DNA of 64,000 nucleotides from Pseudomonadota bacterium (GCA_018816735.1 JAHIVH010000107.1:2044-66043), one strand, 5' to 3'. Shown: positions 46,791 to 56,760, numbered from the stretch's first letter. Numbers and translations: made by a program. The notes: generated by a model from the sequence alone, not told the origin.

Positions 46791-47516
46791 ATGAGAATTG
46801 CGGTAATTTCAGATATTCACAGCAATGCGGATGCACTTGATGCCGTATTAAAAGATATAGACGTTTCTTTGGTGGACGGAATAATGAGCCTTGGAGATAA
46901 TATAGGCTATGGCCCGGACCCGGAATCCGTTATCCGGAAGATACGTGAAAGGGAAGTTCCAAGCGTTCTCGGAAATCATGAGCTCGCTGCCCTGGATCAA
47001 TCTTACCTCAGCTGTCTTAATCCTCATGCCCGAAAAGCCCTTTTGAAGAATTTCTCCATGATGTCAGAAGAATCTATCAATTACATTAAAAGACTAAAAA
47101 GCCATTTTCAGATAGGTAATTTTTATTTTGTTCATGGTTTTCCGCCTGATGCGGTCACCACATACTTTTATTTTGTTAAAGATGATTCGATGATGTCGAT
47201 TTTAAATCACATGACATCGCGTGTGTGTTTTATCGGTCATACCCATGATTTGAATATCGCATATATTGGCCAGGATAAAATGATCCGGAAAAGTCTTGGG
47301 AAAGGTATCACCTATCTGGATGATTCCAGAAAATATATTGTTAATGTGGGAAGCGTCGGGCAACCCAGATGTAGCGACAAAAGTGCCAAATACGTGATTC
47401 TGGATGAAGAAAAAAATACCCTCGAAGTCCGGTCTGTGCTCTACGACCCATCAAACACCGTTCAAAGAATTCAGGAACTGGGACTCCCTTATCAATACGC
47501 TGAACGTCTTTTATAG
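46791..47516 (+). CDS. Metallophosphoesterase (calcineurin-like, YfcE/MJ0936-type)
   Basis: 'MRIAVISDIHSN', 'LGDNIGYGPDP', 'GNHE', 'VHGF', 'GHTH' and 'NVGSVGQPR'. Confidence 0.85.
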   Translation: MRIAVISDIHSNADALDAVLKDIDVSLVDGIMSLGDNIGYGPDPESVIRKIREREVPSVLGNHELAALDQSYLSCLNPHARKALLKNFSMMSEESINYIKRLKSHFQIGNFYFVHGFPPDAVTTYFYFVKDDSMMSILNHMTSRVCFIGHTHDLNIAYIGQDKMIRKSLGKGITYLDDSRKYIVNVGSVGQPRCSDKSAKYVILDEEKNTLEVRSVLYDPSNTVQRIQELGLPYQYAERLL

Positions 47517-47526
47517 AGAAATGGTG

Positions 47527-48204
47527 TCATTGTTTTACGATGAGCCTTTGACCGGGATAAATGGTGTCCCCTTTTTTTAGGTTGTTCATTTTTTGAAGGG
47601 TCTCGACCGCTACATCATATTTTTTACTGATACTGTAAAATGTTTCTCCTTTTTTGATCGTGTGATAGACGACTTTGGAGATTGCGGTTGTTTTCTTTTC
47701 AGCAGTTGGGGGAGTGGGCGTTGCTGAAGGTGAAAGTACCTTTTTCTGGGAAACTTCCGGAACAACATTTCCGGATATCTGTTCAGGCTTAATCTGTTCG
47801 AGTTTTTTTTCAATAACACTCAGTTTAAGCGCCACTGTTGCCTCAACGCGGTCCAGACGGCTGACGATATCGTCAAGATTGTGCGTATTATCATAAATAA
47901 TGGCACCGGATGCACTCAATCGATTGACCTGTTCTTCCAGATGAGCCATACGTTCTTCTATATTGCCTGTCACCCCACCTCCTGATTTGCCGCCGGATAT
48001 GAAACTCGATCCGATATAGACAGCGACAAAGGCAATAAGACCGATACCCAAAAGTATGAAGGGCGTCTCAATTTTGCTGAATATGCCTGCGGCGCTTTTA
48101 TTTTTAAGGTGGGCTGCCAATGATTTTTTTTTGGTGCTTGTGCTTTGATCGTCATCCGGGCTGATTTTAATGTTTGCGGTATCAAAATCGATTTTATCAT
48201 TCAT
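47527..48204 (-). CDS. Membrane-anchored LysM-domain protein
   Basis: TM 'FILLGIGLIAFVAVYIG', a coiled-coil segment, and a C-terminal LysM 'YHTIKKGETFYSISKKYDVAVETLQKMNNLKKGDTIYPGQRLIV'. Confidence 0.8.
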   Translation of the reverse strand: MNDKIDFDTANIKISPDDDQSTSTKKKSLAAHLKNKSAAGIFSKIETPFILLGIGLIAFVAVYIGSSFISGGKSGGGVTGNIEERMAHLEEQVNRLSASGAIIYDNTHNLDDIVSRLDRVEATVALKLSVIEKKLEQIKPEQISGNVVPEVSQKKVLSPSATPTPPTAEKKTTAISKVVYHTIKKGETFYSISKKYDVAVETLQKMNNLKKGDTIYPGQRLIVKQ

Positions 48205-48533
48205 GAGCTTTCCTCCAGTGGGTCATCCATTTAAAATCAATTTTCTTTTAAGGAAATAAAGATTAAGCATGTTAATTAGAACCAATGCCGATTCCAGTGA
48301 AACGTGATCCGGCAATTTTTTTTTGGCGAACGCTTGAGAATTCCTATACCGGATTTTGTTGCGTTGCAAGAGAGAAATGATTGTTTTTCTAAAAACCGTT
48401 TAAGAAAGAATCCGGTTTTGTATTTGACGATCCACGCTAAAGGATGTTAGTAAGTCAGCAACTGTGCAACACAGTCATTACTGTCGCAATCGGGTTGAGC
48501 CTTTAACCATTTAACCGCTAACGGAATCACCAG

Positions 48534-49424
48534 ATGAAACGGATGAACACTAAAACGATATCGTTGATGGCAATCAGGTCATGCTTGATGATGATGCTCA
48601 TATCAGCAGGTACATTTCTGCATCCGGATGAATCAACAGGCGCATCATCCGCCTTTACCAATAAGCTGGGGATTCGATTCATTTACGCAAAGCCGGGCAT
48701 GTTTATCATGGGAAGCCCGGAAGAAGAGAGTGGCCATGAATGGGACGAAAAACAGCATGAAGTAAATATTACAGAAGGTTTTTACATTTCCGTGACAGAA
48801 ATTACCCAGGGACAATATGAAAAACTCATGGGGGTTAATCCATCTGCATTTAAGGCATGTGGAAACAACTGCCCTGTGGATACCGTGTCATGGAATGATT
48901 GCCAGGAATTTCTAAAAAAGCTCAATCATCTGGAAAATACCAGTCAGTACCGGTTACCGACAGAGGCGGAATGGGAATATGCCTGCCGGGCTGGCAGTCA
49001 GTCGGCCTTTACAGTTGGTGACGTCAGTGAAAAAAACTGTGAATTCTCAAAACTTCTTGACATGGTGGCTTGGTATTGCGGAAATTCAGGCAAGGCGGAA
49101 AACGTGATTTACGATCTGAAACCCCATGGCGTGGGTGTGAAAAAACCAAATGCCTGGGGCATTTATGATATGCATGGCAATGTTCAGGAATGGTGCCTGG
49201 ACCAGTGCGGCTGGAGAAACTGGACCGGACTTCCGGGTGTGATGACAGAGACGTATAAGGATGGCGCGGTTAATCCATTGTCAAGTGAAGGGAAAAATTG
49301 CGTTATTCGTGGCGGAAGCTGGAACGCCAAGATCGACCGGCTGAGATCGGCTGAACGGACGTCGTACAAGCCGGTTGCCAAAAAGAACAACCTGGGATTT
49401 CGTATTGTAAAAACGACAAAGTAA
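48534..49424 (+). CDS. Secreted formylglycine-generating-enzyme (SUMF1/EgtB/PvdO) family protein
   Basis: Signal peptide; 'FIMGSPEEE', 'ITQGQYEKLMGVNPS', 'PVDTVSWNDCQEFLKKLN', 'YRLPTEAEWEYACRAGS', 'GIYDMHGNVQEW', 'RGGSW' and 'LGFRIV'. Confidence 0.85.
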   Translation: MKRMNTKTISLMAIRSCLMMMLISAGTFLHPDESTGASSAFTNKLGIRFIYAKPGMFIMGSPEEESGHEWDEKQHEVNITEGFYISVTEITQGQYEKLMGVNPSAFKACGNNCPVDTVSWNDCQEFLKKLNHLENTSQYRLPTEAEWEYACRAGSQSAFTVGDVSEKNCEFSKLLDMVAWYCGNSGKAENVIYDLKPHGVGVKKPNAWGIYDMHGNVQEWCLDQCGWRNWTGLPGVMTETYKDGAVNPLSSEGKNCVIRGGSWNAKIDRLRSAERTSYKPVAKKNNLGFRIVKTTK

Positions 49425-49440
49425 CAAGGCTTTTTTTAAG

Positions 49441-49701
49441 ATGACAACACACACACATCAATTTGTAGAGACATATGACGGTATCGGGGCTTTTGGATGG
49501 GACAGAAAAACGGATGAAGAAACAATCATGTTTTATCTTCAGAAATTTTCCGATGACACGCTTCTGAAAAATCTGGTCCACAAACTGTCTGGAGAAGATC
49601 TTGAAGAAATATTTACACTTATAAGCAGGTTGCTTAAAACCCACCTGACTGAAGCAGAATATCACACCTTGTTTCTTAAAGATAATAGCCATAAGGAATA
49701 A
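49441..49701 (+). CDS. Hypothetical cytoplasmic protein (86 aa)
   Basis: Compact ORF 17 nt after the FGE-like gene, with a balanced composition. No family recognised. Confidence 0.4.
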   Translation: MTTHTHQFVETYDGIGAFGWDRKTDEETIMFYLQKFSDDTLLKNLVHKLSGEDLEEIFTLISRLLKTHLTEAEYHTLFLKDNSHKE

Positions 49702-49719
49702 TTCCCCAAGGAGTTTTTT

Positions 49720-50037
49720 ATGAAAAGAATCCTTTATTTGACGGTTACTTTTTTTATTTTATCCTTTCCTTTTGCTTTTGCTGAGGATAAACCGCCTGTT
49801 GAGAACAGGCCGGGCGATTCTCAAATCAATGAAGAAATGAAACAAATGGCGCCTATTTTCGGTAATGTTTCAAAGGGCATGATTATGGGGCGGTTTGCCG
49901 TGCTATCTGAGCCGGATACCGTAAAAATGCTGGCCAGGTTTGCGAAAAATTATTATGACGCGTTGGTAGAGGCCGGTTTTACCAAAGAACAGGCATTTCA
50001 AATTGTTTTGTCAACAGGCATTCCCGGCATGAAATAG
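49720..50037 (+). CDS. Hypothetical small secreted protein (105 aa)
   Basis: Signal peptide 'MKRILYLTVTFFILSFPFAFA' after the RBS AAGGAG. No family recognised. Confidence 0.5.
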   Translation: MKRILYLTVTFFILSFPFAFAEDKPPVENRPGDSQINEEMKQMAPIFGNVSKGMIMGRFAVLSEPDTVKMLARFAKNYYDALVEAGFTKEQAFQIVLSTGIPGMK

Positions 50038-50085
50038 CTATCCGGTTTTTTTAATCCTTTAGAAATAGCGGAATATACAAGATTG

Positions 50086-51105
50086 ATGACATCAGGAAAT
50101 GCTACAGTTGAAGCGATTCAGTATGAATTGGCCCCCTGCGTGGTTACCTCAAAAGAGATAGAAGAAGAAATAAATGAAACCATGGCGCGGCTGCGGCTTC
50201 CCATGGGACTTCTTGGCATGTTGACCGGTATACGAGAAAGAAGACTTTGGTCCGCCGGAGAAATGCCCAGTGACGTGGCTACACGAGCTGCCCGGAAGGT
50301 GATTGATTCATACGGTATCGACCCGGAAGACATCGGATGCATCATCAACACGTCTGTGTGCAGGGATTACATCGAACCTTCTGTGGCCTGCCTGGTACAT
50401 GGCAACTTGAAGTTATCTTCCCGGTGTCTCAATTTTGATATCAGCAATGCCTGTCTGGGGTTTATCAATGCCATGCGGACAATGATGCTCATGATAGATG
50501 CCGGGCAGATCAAGTACGGTTTAATCGTGGATGGTGAAGGATCAAGGGAAATTCTGGAGGCTACGATAAAACGGCTCAGGAAACCGGACACGACAATGGA
50601 TATATACCGGGAGAACTTTGCCACATTGACACTTGGCAGTGGGGCTGTGGCCATGATCATCGGTCATAAAGATCATTCCCGGACAAATCACACGATTAAT
50701 GGAATTGCAAACCTGGCAGATACGCGATACAACAGGCTATGTGTGGGGCAAAGGGATTTCATGACTGCAGATGCATCGGAAATCATGAATCAGGGTGTCA
50801 AGCTTGCCCAAAAAACATGGGCGCTTGCTGAAACCATTCTGCCGAAATGGCGTGATGACATGATTGATGTTTACATCCCCCATCAGGTCAGTGCAAAAAA
50901 CATTCAATTGTTAAATAAGACCCTTGGTATTACTCCTGAAAAACATTACCTGAATTTTATGACCCAGGGGAATATGGGGCCCGCGGCTGTTCCGGTGACT
51001 CTTAAGATGGCCGAAGAGGAAGGACGCATTAAATCAGGAGATCATGTCGCCCTGATGGGAATTGGAAGCGGCCTGAATTGCTCGATGGTGAGCATAACCT
51101 GGTAG
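50086..51105 (+). CDS. 3-oxoacyl-ACP synthase III (FabH-like KAS III) family protein
   Basis: Catalytic-triad contexts 'DISNACLGF' (Cys), 'YIPHQVSAKN' (His) and 'QGNMGPAAVP' (Asn). C-terminus 'GIGSGLNCSMVSITW'. Confidence 0.8.
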   Translation: MTSGNATVEAIQYELAPCVVTSKEIEEEINETMARLRLPMGLLGMLTGIRERRLWSAGEMPSDVATRAARKVIDSYGIDPEDIGCIINTSVCRDYIEPSVACLVHGNLKLSSRCLNFDISNACLGFINAMRTMMLMIDAGQIKYGLIVDGEGSREILEATIKRLRKPDTTMDIYRENFATLTLGSGAVAMIIGHKDHSRTNHTINGIANLADTRYNRLCVGQRDFMTADASEIMNQGVKLAQKTWALAETILPKWRDDMIDVYIPHQVSAKNIQLLNKTLGITPEKHYLNFMTQGNMGPAAVPVTLKMAEEEGRIKSGDHVALMGIGSGLNCSMVSITW

Positions 51106-51140
51106 AAATTCTGTTGAAAAAAGCATAAATTAGGAATGAT

Positions 51141-51494
51141 ATGGAACGTTCATCTGAATTCAAGCTGAGATTTTTTGCCTTCTATCGGATATTTATTCCT
51201 TTTTTTGGTATATGTGTGGGACTGGTGAAAGTCGTTGGCGTAAAAGGCGAAGTCGAGCTCTTTCGGGCTTTTGGGGTATCGGATATGTTTCGTGTGATTT
51301 TCGGTCTGGTTCAGGCCGGTGGGGCATCCATGCTTTTTTTCCCAAAACTGATACGGCCCGGGGCCTATATCTGCATCACCACCCTTGTGGCTGCCTCATG
51401 TTTCATGATCTATCATGGTATCTTGAATGTACTCGCGATTCCGGTTGTGGGAATATTTCTTTTGTGGGGGTACACCCGTATTTTTACAAAATAA
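51141..51494 (+). CDS. DoxX-like small membrane protein
   Basis: 117 aa with four hydrophobic segments; 'GLVKVVGVKGEVELFRAFGV' resembles the DoxX_2 family. Confidence 0.5.
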   Translation: MERSSEFKLRFFAFYRIFIPFFGICVGLVKVVGVKGEVELFRAFGVSDMFRVIFGLVQAGGASMLFFPKLIRPGAYICITTLVAASCFMIYHGILNVLAIPVVGIFLLWGYTRIFTK

Positions 51495-51559
51495 ACCCAT
51501 AAGGGTAATATCAGGCTTGTTTTTTCTTGCTCAATCCGTGCATCCTGGGCATAGGCGTA

Positions 51560-52120
51560 CTAAGGATTTAATCCTTTCCCATGCTGCCTGATGTATTCAT
51601 ACATGACGATAGATGCGACATTGCTTACGTTCAGGCTTTCTACATGCCCGTATTGGGGAATATGAATGGCTTCTATTCCGTTGATTTTCTCCCAGTTGAA
51701 GCTGACGCCGTCCCTTTCATTTCCGAAGATAAAAGCGCTTTTTAAGGGCATTTTAAGGGTATAAAGCGATTCGCCTTTTGAGGGCTCCATAGTGAAGATC
51801 GTGTATCCCCGATCCATGAGATTGTTATAACTGTCGTCAAAATCCACATAAAATTTTGCAGGCACATATTTGAATGATCCCTTGGACGGGGCAGGATCAA
51901 AGAACTCAGTGGCAATCACGTGGACTTCATGAGCGCCAAAGGCTTCCGCGCTTCTGAAGATTTTTCCGATATTGAAAAGTGGGCTCAGGTTGTCGAGCAC
52001 AATGATGAATTCATTTGCACCGGGCTTGGCCAGTATATTTCTTCTTCTCTGCTTGATGAACCGTTGAATGATATACTTTCGTTCTTTTTCGATTTTTCTT
52101 CTGAGTTCCCTGATTCCCAT
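51560..52120 (-). CDS. SpoU/TrmH-family RNA 2'-O-methyltransferase
   Basis: 'IIVLDNLSPLFNIGKIFRSAEAFG', 'FIFGNERDGVS' and 'IHIPQYGHVESLNVSNVASIVMYEY'. Confidence 0.85.
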   Translation of the reverse strand: MGIRELRRKIEKERKYIIQRFIKQRRRNILAKPGANEFIIVLDNLSPLFNIGKIFRSAEAFGAHEVHVIATEFFDPAPSKGSFKYVPAKFYVDFDDSYNNLMDRGYTIFTMEPSKGESLYTLKMPLKSAFIFGNERDGVSFNWEKINGIEAIHIPQYGHVESLNVSNVASIVMYEYIRQHGKGLNP

Positions 52121-52433
52121 ATTTTATTCAGATCCATAATGCGGTTAAATGAAAGCCATGTTGGCATTGATAGCATGACCTATAACAAATTCAGACGGTT
52201 GTAATAAAAAGGTTCGGATGTGTCAAACGAAATGAGCTTGAGATTTGATGCAGCCTCTGTGACGGATCACTCAGAGTACAACGGAAGCACGTGCTGAGAG
52301 ATTATACTTTTACTATTGACGGGGGGTGTTCAAAGAAGGTATTGTTAGTCCGTTCAATATGAGAAAAATCTATTTTTCGTCTTTCCGGCAGCACGTCTTT
52401 TAGTGGTACAACCAAACGATATGGAGATTCATC

Positions 52434-53339
52434 ATGATCAATATTAATAACGCTATTCTTTTGGTTATCGTTATTGCTGTGATTGTTACCTTGTTTTTTG
52501 TCGGCTCTGCCATTTCTCTGTGGATACAGGCTCTTGTTTCAGGGGCGCGTGTGGGACTTCTCAATATTGTATTCATGAGATTCAGAAAAGTGCCTCCCAA
52601 ATTGATTGTTGAATCCAAAATAATGGCAACAAAGGCAGGACTATCCATTACATCGGACGAATTTGAGACCCATTATCTGGCAGGGGGTGATGTGGGCCGG
52701 GTTACACAGGCACTTATTGCGGCAGGCAAAGCAAACATGGAATTGGAATTCAACCGGGCGGCTGCTATTGATCTCGCCGGGAGAGATGTGCTGGAGGCTG
52801 TCCGGATGAGTGTTAATCCAAAGGTTATTGAAACTCCCATGGTAACCGCCATGGCAAAAGACGGGATTCAACTGCGGGCGATTACGCGGGTCACCGTTCG
52901 CGCAAATCTCGACAGGCTGGTTGGCGGTGCTGGTGAAGAAACGATTCTTGCAAGGGTGGGGGAAGGCATCGTCTCTACCATCGGTTCATCCAATACCCAT
53001 AAACAGGTTCTTGAAAATCCGGATACGATTTCAAAAACCGTTCTGGCAAAAGGGCTTGATTCCGGTACTGCATATGAAATTTTATCCATCGATATCGCGG
53101 ATGTGGATGTGGGAACAAATATCGGCGCGGTTTTAGAGACAGATAGAGCGGAAGCTGACAAGAAAATCGCCCAGGCCAAAGCCGAAGAACGTCGAGCCAT
53201 GGCATTTGCCGAAGAGCAGGAGATGAAGGCAAAGGTGGTGGAAATGAAGGCCAAGGTTGTTGAGGCAGAAGCGCAAGTCCCCATGGCCATGGCCGATGCA
53301 TTCAGAAAAGGAAATATTTTTTCCGTTGCAAAGCATTAG
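52434..53339 (+). CDS. floA: Flotillin-like protein FloA (UPF0365/YqfA family)
   Basis: '[28 protein letters not shown]', '[21 protein letters not shown]', '[13 protein letters not shown]', '[29 protein letters not shown]' and '[13 protein letters not shown]'. Confidence 0.9.
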   Translation: MININNAILLVIVIAVIVTLFFVGSAISLWIQALVSGARVGLLNIVFMRFRKVPPKLIVESKIMATKAGLSITSDEFETHYLAGGDVGRVTQALIAAGKANMELEFNRAAAIDLAGRDVLEAVRMSVNPKVIETPMVTAMAKDGIQLRAITRVTVRANLDRLVGGAGEETILARVGEGIVSTIGSSNTHKQVLENPDTISKTVLAKGLDSGTAYEILSIDIADVDVGTNIGAVLETDRAEADKKIAQAKAEERRAMAFAEEQEMKAKVVEMKAKVVEAEAQVPMAMADAFRKGNIFSVAKH

Positions 53340-53382
53340 GACCTTTTTTAAATAGCAGTGACGTTATTTTTTTTAAGGCCCT

Positions 53383-54192
53383 TTAATTACGGATCAGATT
53401 GAGTATCGCGGGAAGGGCTTCCCCTGTTTTCATGGGAATATAGATATCTGATTCCCGCACAAAGGCATTGACAGTCGGGTTTATTACAATAATTTTTGCA
53501 CCATTCTGTTTGGCCTCAACCGGAAAGTAGGCTGCCGGGTATACAACGCCGGAAGTGCCTAAAATAATCATGACATCGCAGTTTCTTGCCGCTTCAAACG
53601 CATTTTGCAGATCATGAACCTGTTCACCAAACATGACAACATCCGGCCGCATCATTGATCCGCATTTATCGCATATCATCACCAGTGACAACAGATTCTC
53701 CAGGTTGAATGACATGAGTCTGTCGATTTTTTCCTTGAGTTCTCTGATATATATTTTCCGATCAACCGTTACCCGATGACTGCAATTAATGCATCTGGAT
53801 CTGAAGACATTTCCGTGGACTTCAACGACGTTTGTATTTCCGGCCTCCTGATGGAGATTATCCACATTCTGGGTGATGATTGTTTTCAGAATACCCATTT
53901 TTTCCATATCCGAAAGGGCCATATGACCCGGATTGGGTTCGGCGTATTGAAAGGCATCGAGAATATTGATGAAGAGCGGAAAAAGTGTTTCTGCGTTTCT
54001 TTCAATGGCGTTCACAAATCCACTGGCTGTTCCGACCTCAAGCATGTCCATATGATCCCATATTCCTCCCGGATCCCTGAATGTGGGAATGCCGCTTTCA
54101 GCAGATATGCCGGCCCCTGAAGCTGCTGTCATACGGTGTGCTTTTTTAATGATCAGGGCGGCTTGGGTGATTTTTTCCTCATGGTGTTTCAT
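53383..54192 (-). CDS. cobB: NAD-dependent protein deacylase (Sir2/CobB family)
   Basis: 'GAGISAESGIPTFRDPGGIW', 'TQNVDNLHQEAG' and 'HGN'. Zinc-ribbon cysteines at 'CINC...CDKCG'. Also 'GTSGVVYPAA'. Confidence 0.9.
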   Translation of the reverse strand: MKHHEEKITQAALIIKKAHRMTAASGAGISAESGIPTFRDPGGIWDHMDMLEVGTASGFVNAIERNAETLFPLFINILDAFQYAEPNPGHMALSDMEKMGILKTIITQNVDNLHQEAGNTNVVEVHGNVFRSRCINCSHRVTVDRKIYIRELKEKIDRLMSFNLENLLSLVMICDKCGSMMRPDVVMFGEQVHDLQNAFEAARNCDVMIILGTSGVVYPAAYFPVEAKQNGAKIIVINPTVNAFVRESDIYIPMKTGEALPAILNLIRN

Positions 54193-54421
54193 AGGCTCTC
54201 CGGGGCATGCTTATTCATTTTAAAAAAAAATGTTTTTAGAAAATCGACCTGAAAATACTATATATTGTGCAGTTTTAGAGTTGACATACAAGATGTTATA
54301 GCTTATGAATTCCAACATCAGGCTCTTTCATTTCTATCTCAAAGAGTCCTTTTGAATATATCATATTAAAATGAATACCGGAACAACAGAATCATAAAAA
54401 AACACCATAAAAGGAGAGCAA

Positions 54422-54718
54422 ATGAGACCATTATTGACCCTTGTTTTTATGTGTTTCGCCATGCTGGCATTTTTTTCAGGAACCAGCGTTGCAGATAATT
54501 CAGAAGAGGATTATTCCAGCCTTTCCGAACAGGTGATTTTAAAACACATTAATATTCCAAAAGGGTTGACCTGTCGTATTGTTGCCAAACAGAAAATTTT
54601 TGATGGCAACTATAAAGTGTATTACATCACAACCCTGCCTGACGGTACTGAGGAACTGGACAGCATTAACTTGCTTCAGGTGGAACAGGATGACTGGATC
54701 GTCAGTGATGCCGGTTAG
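54422..54718 (+). CDS. Hypothetical small secreted protein (98 aa)
   Basis: RBS AAGGAG and signal peptide 'MRPLLTLVFMCFAMLAFFSGTSVA'. Confidence 0.5.
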   Translation: MRPLLTLVFMCFAMLAFFSGTSVADNSEEDYSSLSEQVILKHINIPKGLTCRIVAKQKIFDGNYKVYYITTLPDGTEELDSINLLQVEQDDWIVSDAG

Positions 54719-54879
54719 CAGTTAGGATTTTAGAAAAAATCTCTTCCTTTTTTAAAAAGCGGGCAATGGGTTCAGCTTTTCCGGTTTTGTCTTTTTTTTC
54801 ATCATGCTTCCTTGACGTTTTTATATTGAAATCAGAATATTTTGTCATATACTGTTTGAAAAATAGAAGGAGAATGTTC

Positions 54880-55392
54880 ATGAGATATTTATCTGTTATC
54901 ATCTTGATTCTGGCTCTGACCGGTTTCGTGGCTCAGGCCTCTGCAGACCGCAGCGGGGAGTTTATTCTGAATGACGGCAGCAAAATCGTCGGCAAGGTGA
55001 TTTCACTGGATAATGGGATATATAAAATTCGATCAGACACACTGGGTATGATCAGCATCGAAGAATCCAAGATTCGTTCCTTTAATTACAATGGGGGAGA
55101 ACCCCAGGCACAGGAAAATGGGCAGGGCATAAATTCCGGTCTGCCGGATACCATACAAGGCATAGATGTTAGAGCCATTGAGAACAACATCCTTGAAAAT
55201 GAAAATATCCTTCAAATGGTTATGGCCCTTCAGAACGATCCTGCCATTCAATCCATCATCAATGATCCAAACCTGAAAAACGCCATTGAAACAGGAGATA
55301 TTAATGCGCTCATGAATAATCCGGCCTTTTTGGAACTTTTAAACAACACCAGGATAAAAGAAATCCAGAAAGAAATTATCCCGGGAAAATGA
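54880..55392 (+). CDS. Secreted protein: N-terminal beta-rich module plus a C-terminal STI1/DP-repeat-like helical region
   Basis: ATG at 54880 lies 7 nt after AAGGAG. Signal peptide 'MRYLSVIILILALTGFVAQASA'. The module 'EFILNDGSKIVGKVISLDNGIYKIRSDTLGM' is shared with the next gene. Tail: 'LQNDPAIQSIINDPNLKNAIETGDINALMNNPAFLELLNN'. Confidence 0.6.
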   Translation: MRYLSVIILILALTGFVAQASADRSGEFILNDGSKIVGKVISLDNGIYKIRSDTLGMISIEESKIRSFNYNGGEPQAQENGQGINSGLPDTIQGIDVRAIENNILENENILQMVMALQNDPAIQSIINDPNLKNAIETGDINALMNNPAFLELLNNTRIKEIQKEIIPGK

Positions 55393-55417
55393 ATGACACA
55401 GGGGAATATCGTTTAAA

Positions 55418-55762
55418 ATGAAAACAGGTATAAAGGTCTTTTTTTTCATCGCGATACTGACTTGCATGCCTGCATTTTCAGGACAGGAAGTCGAAATAAT
55501 CCTGAATGATGGTACACGGATAGAAGGTGAAATCATGTATTATGCAGAAGGCGTTTATGAAATCAAGTCCAGTGATCGGGGAATGCAGAAGATCCATGAT
55601 AACACCATATTTTCCGTCAAGCGCCTTGCGCCGGAATCGCAAAAAGAAATTGCCGGTGACAAGGTGATAACCACTTCTGATGAAGATAAGCTGAATCAAA
55701 TCATGGAAAATTCAATCGGTGAGGAAAAAATTCTCAAGATACACGAATATATCAAAGAATGA
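55418..55762 (+). CDS. Small secreted protein, paralogue of the N-terminal module of 54880-55392
   Basis: Signal peptide 'IKVFFFIAILTCMPAFS', then 'EIILNDGTRIEGEIMYYAEGVYEIKSSDRGM'. Confidence 0.6.
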   Translation: MKTGIKVFFFIAILTCMPAFSGQEVEIILNDGTRIEGEIMYYAEGVYEIKSSDRGMQKIHDNTIFSVKRLAPESQKEIAGDKVITTSDEDKLNQIMENSIGEEKILKIHEYIKE

Positions 55763-55804
55763 TGTCCGGTTCTGCTTTTTTTGTTTGAAGGAAAAAGGCC
55801 TATC

Positions 55805-56698
55805 ATGATTCGACTCGGGTTATGCTGTATTTTTAAAAATCAACCCATCCGTTTCAGAAGGACGACTGCCAGATATATGAAAGGCTTTACCCGAAAGGGT
55901 CAGATAGATAGGCTTTCAGATATTTGTCTTGAGAATGCCAGGTCATTGTCGAAAGCACTCCGTTTTTGTGATGAAAACAGCATCGGGAGCTTTAGGGTGA
56001 ACAGTCAGATTTTGCCCTTAATGACCCATCCGGAGGTTGGATACGATATTGATGACCTCCCTTTATCCGATGCCATAAAGAGCCATTTTCGGACTTGTGG
56101 TGAATTTGCCTCAACCAGGGATATCAGATTGACCTTTCATCCGGATCAGTTTGTACTCCTTTCTTCTAAAACCCTTTCCGTGACCCGGAATTCAATTGCA
56201 GAACTTGAATATCAGGCCCAGATCGCCGAATGGATCAATGCCGATGTCATCAATATTCACGGGGGCGGCATGTATGGCAACAAAAAGGATGCGCTTGTCC
56301 GGCTTGAAAAAGAGATCTTGAAATTGTCTGAGCCTGTCCGGTCCCGATTGACTCTTGAAAATGACGATCGCATCTATACACCGTCTGATCTGTTGCCAGT
56401 TTGCCTGAAAACCCGAACCCCTCTTGTCTATGATGTCCACCATCACCGGGTGAATCCGGACGATCTTGCTGTTTGTGATGTAACGCCTCTTGTATTAAAG
56501 ACCTGGAACCGGGAACCCTTATTCCATATATCAAGCTCTAAAAACGGCCGGAACAGGAATGATCAGCGAAAACATCATGATTTTATTGAGCCAGGTGATT
56601 TTCCTGAATGCTGGCGAAATCTTGATATTACCTTGGAGGTTGAAGCCAAGGCAAAGGAAGAGGCTGTTCTCAAATTTAAAAAGGATATCGGTATATAG
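55805..56698 (+). CDS. uvsE: UV damage endonuclease (UvdE/UvsE family)
   Basis: 'MIRLGLCCIF.NQPIRFRRTTA', 'FRVNSQILPL', 'RLTFHPDQFVLL', 'INIHGGG', 'LTLENDD', 'VYDVHHH' and 'HISS'. Confidence 0.85.
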   Translation: MIRLGLCCIFKNQPIRFRRTTARYMKGFTRKGQIDRLSDICLENARSLSKALRFCDENSIGSFRVNSQILPLMTHPEVGYDIDDLPLSDAIKSHFRTCGEFASTRDIRLTFHPDQFVLLSSKTLSVTRNSIAELEYQAQIAEWINADVINIHGGGMYGNKKDALVRLEKEILKLSEPVRSRLTLENDDRIYTPSDLLPVCLKTRTPLVYDVHHHRVNPDDLAVCDVTPLVLKTWNREPLFHISSSKNGRNRNDQRKHHDFIEPGDFPECWRNLDITLEVEAKAKEEAVLKFKKDIGI

Positions 56699-56760
56699 GC
56701 ATTCTCTCCGGATATATATTGAAGAATATCCATTCACTAAACGCGCTTGACAAGTGCATC

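Noticed and set aside
51212-51502. 96-aa alternative-frame ORF over the DoxX-like gene
   Set aside because: It is on the same strand in a different frame and is Arg/Gly/Cys-rich. The hydrophobic-helix frame (51141-51494) is the more plausible one.
52868-53336. Minus-strand and alternative-frame ORFs over floA (52868-53290, 52975-53301, 53133-53336, 52921-53136)
   Set aside because: floA is unambiguous. These are shadows caused by its Ala/Glu/Lys-rich, GC-biased 3' part.
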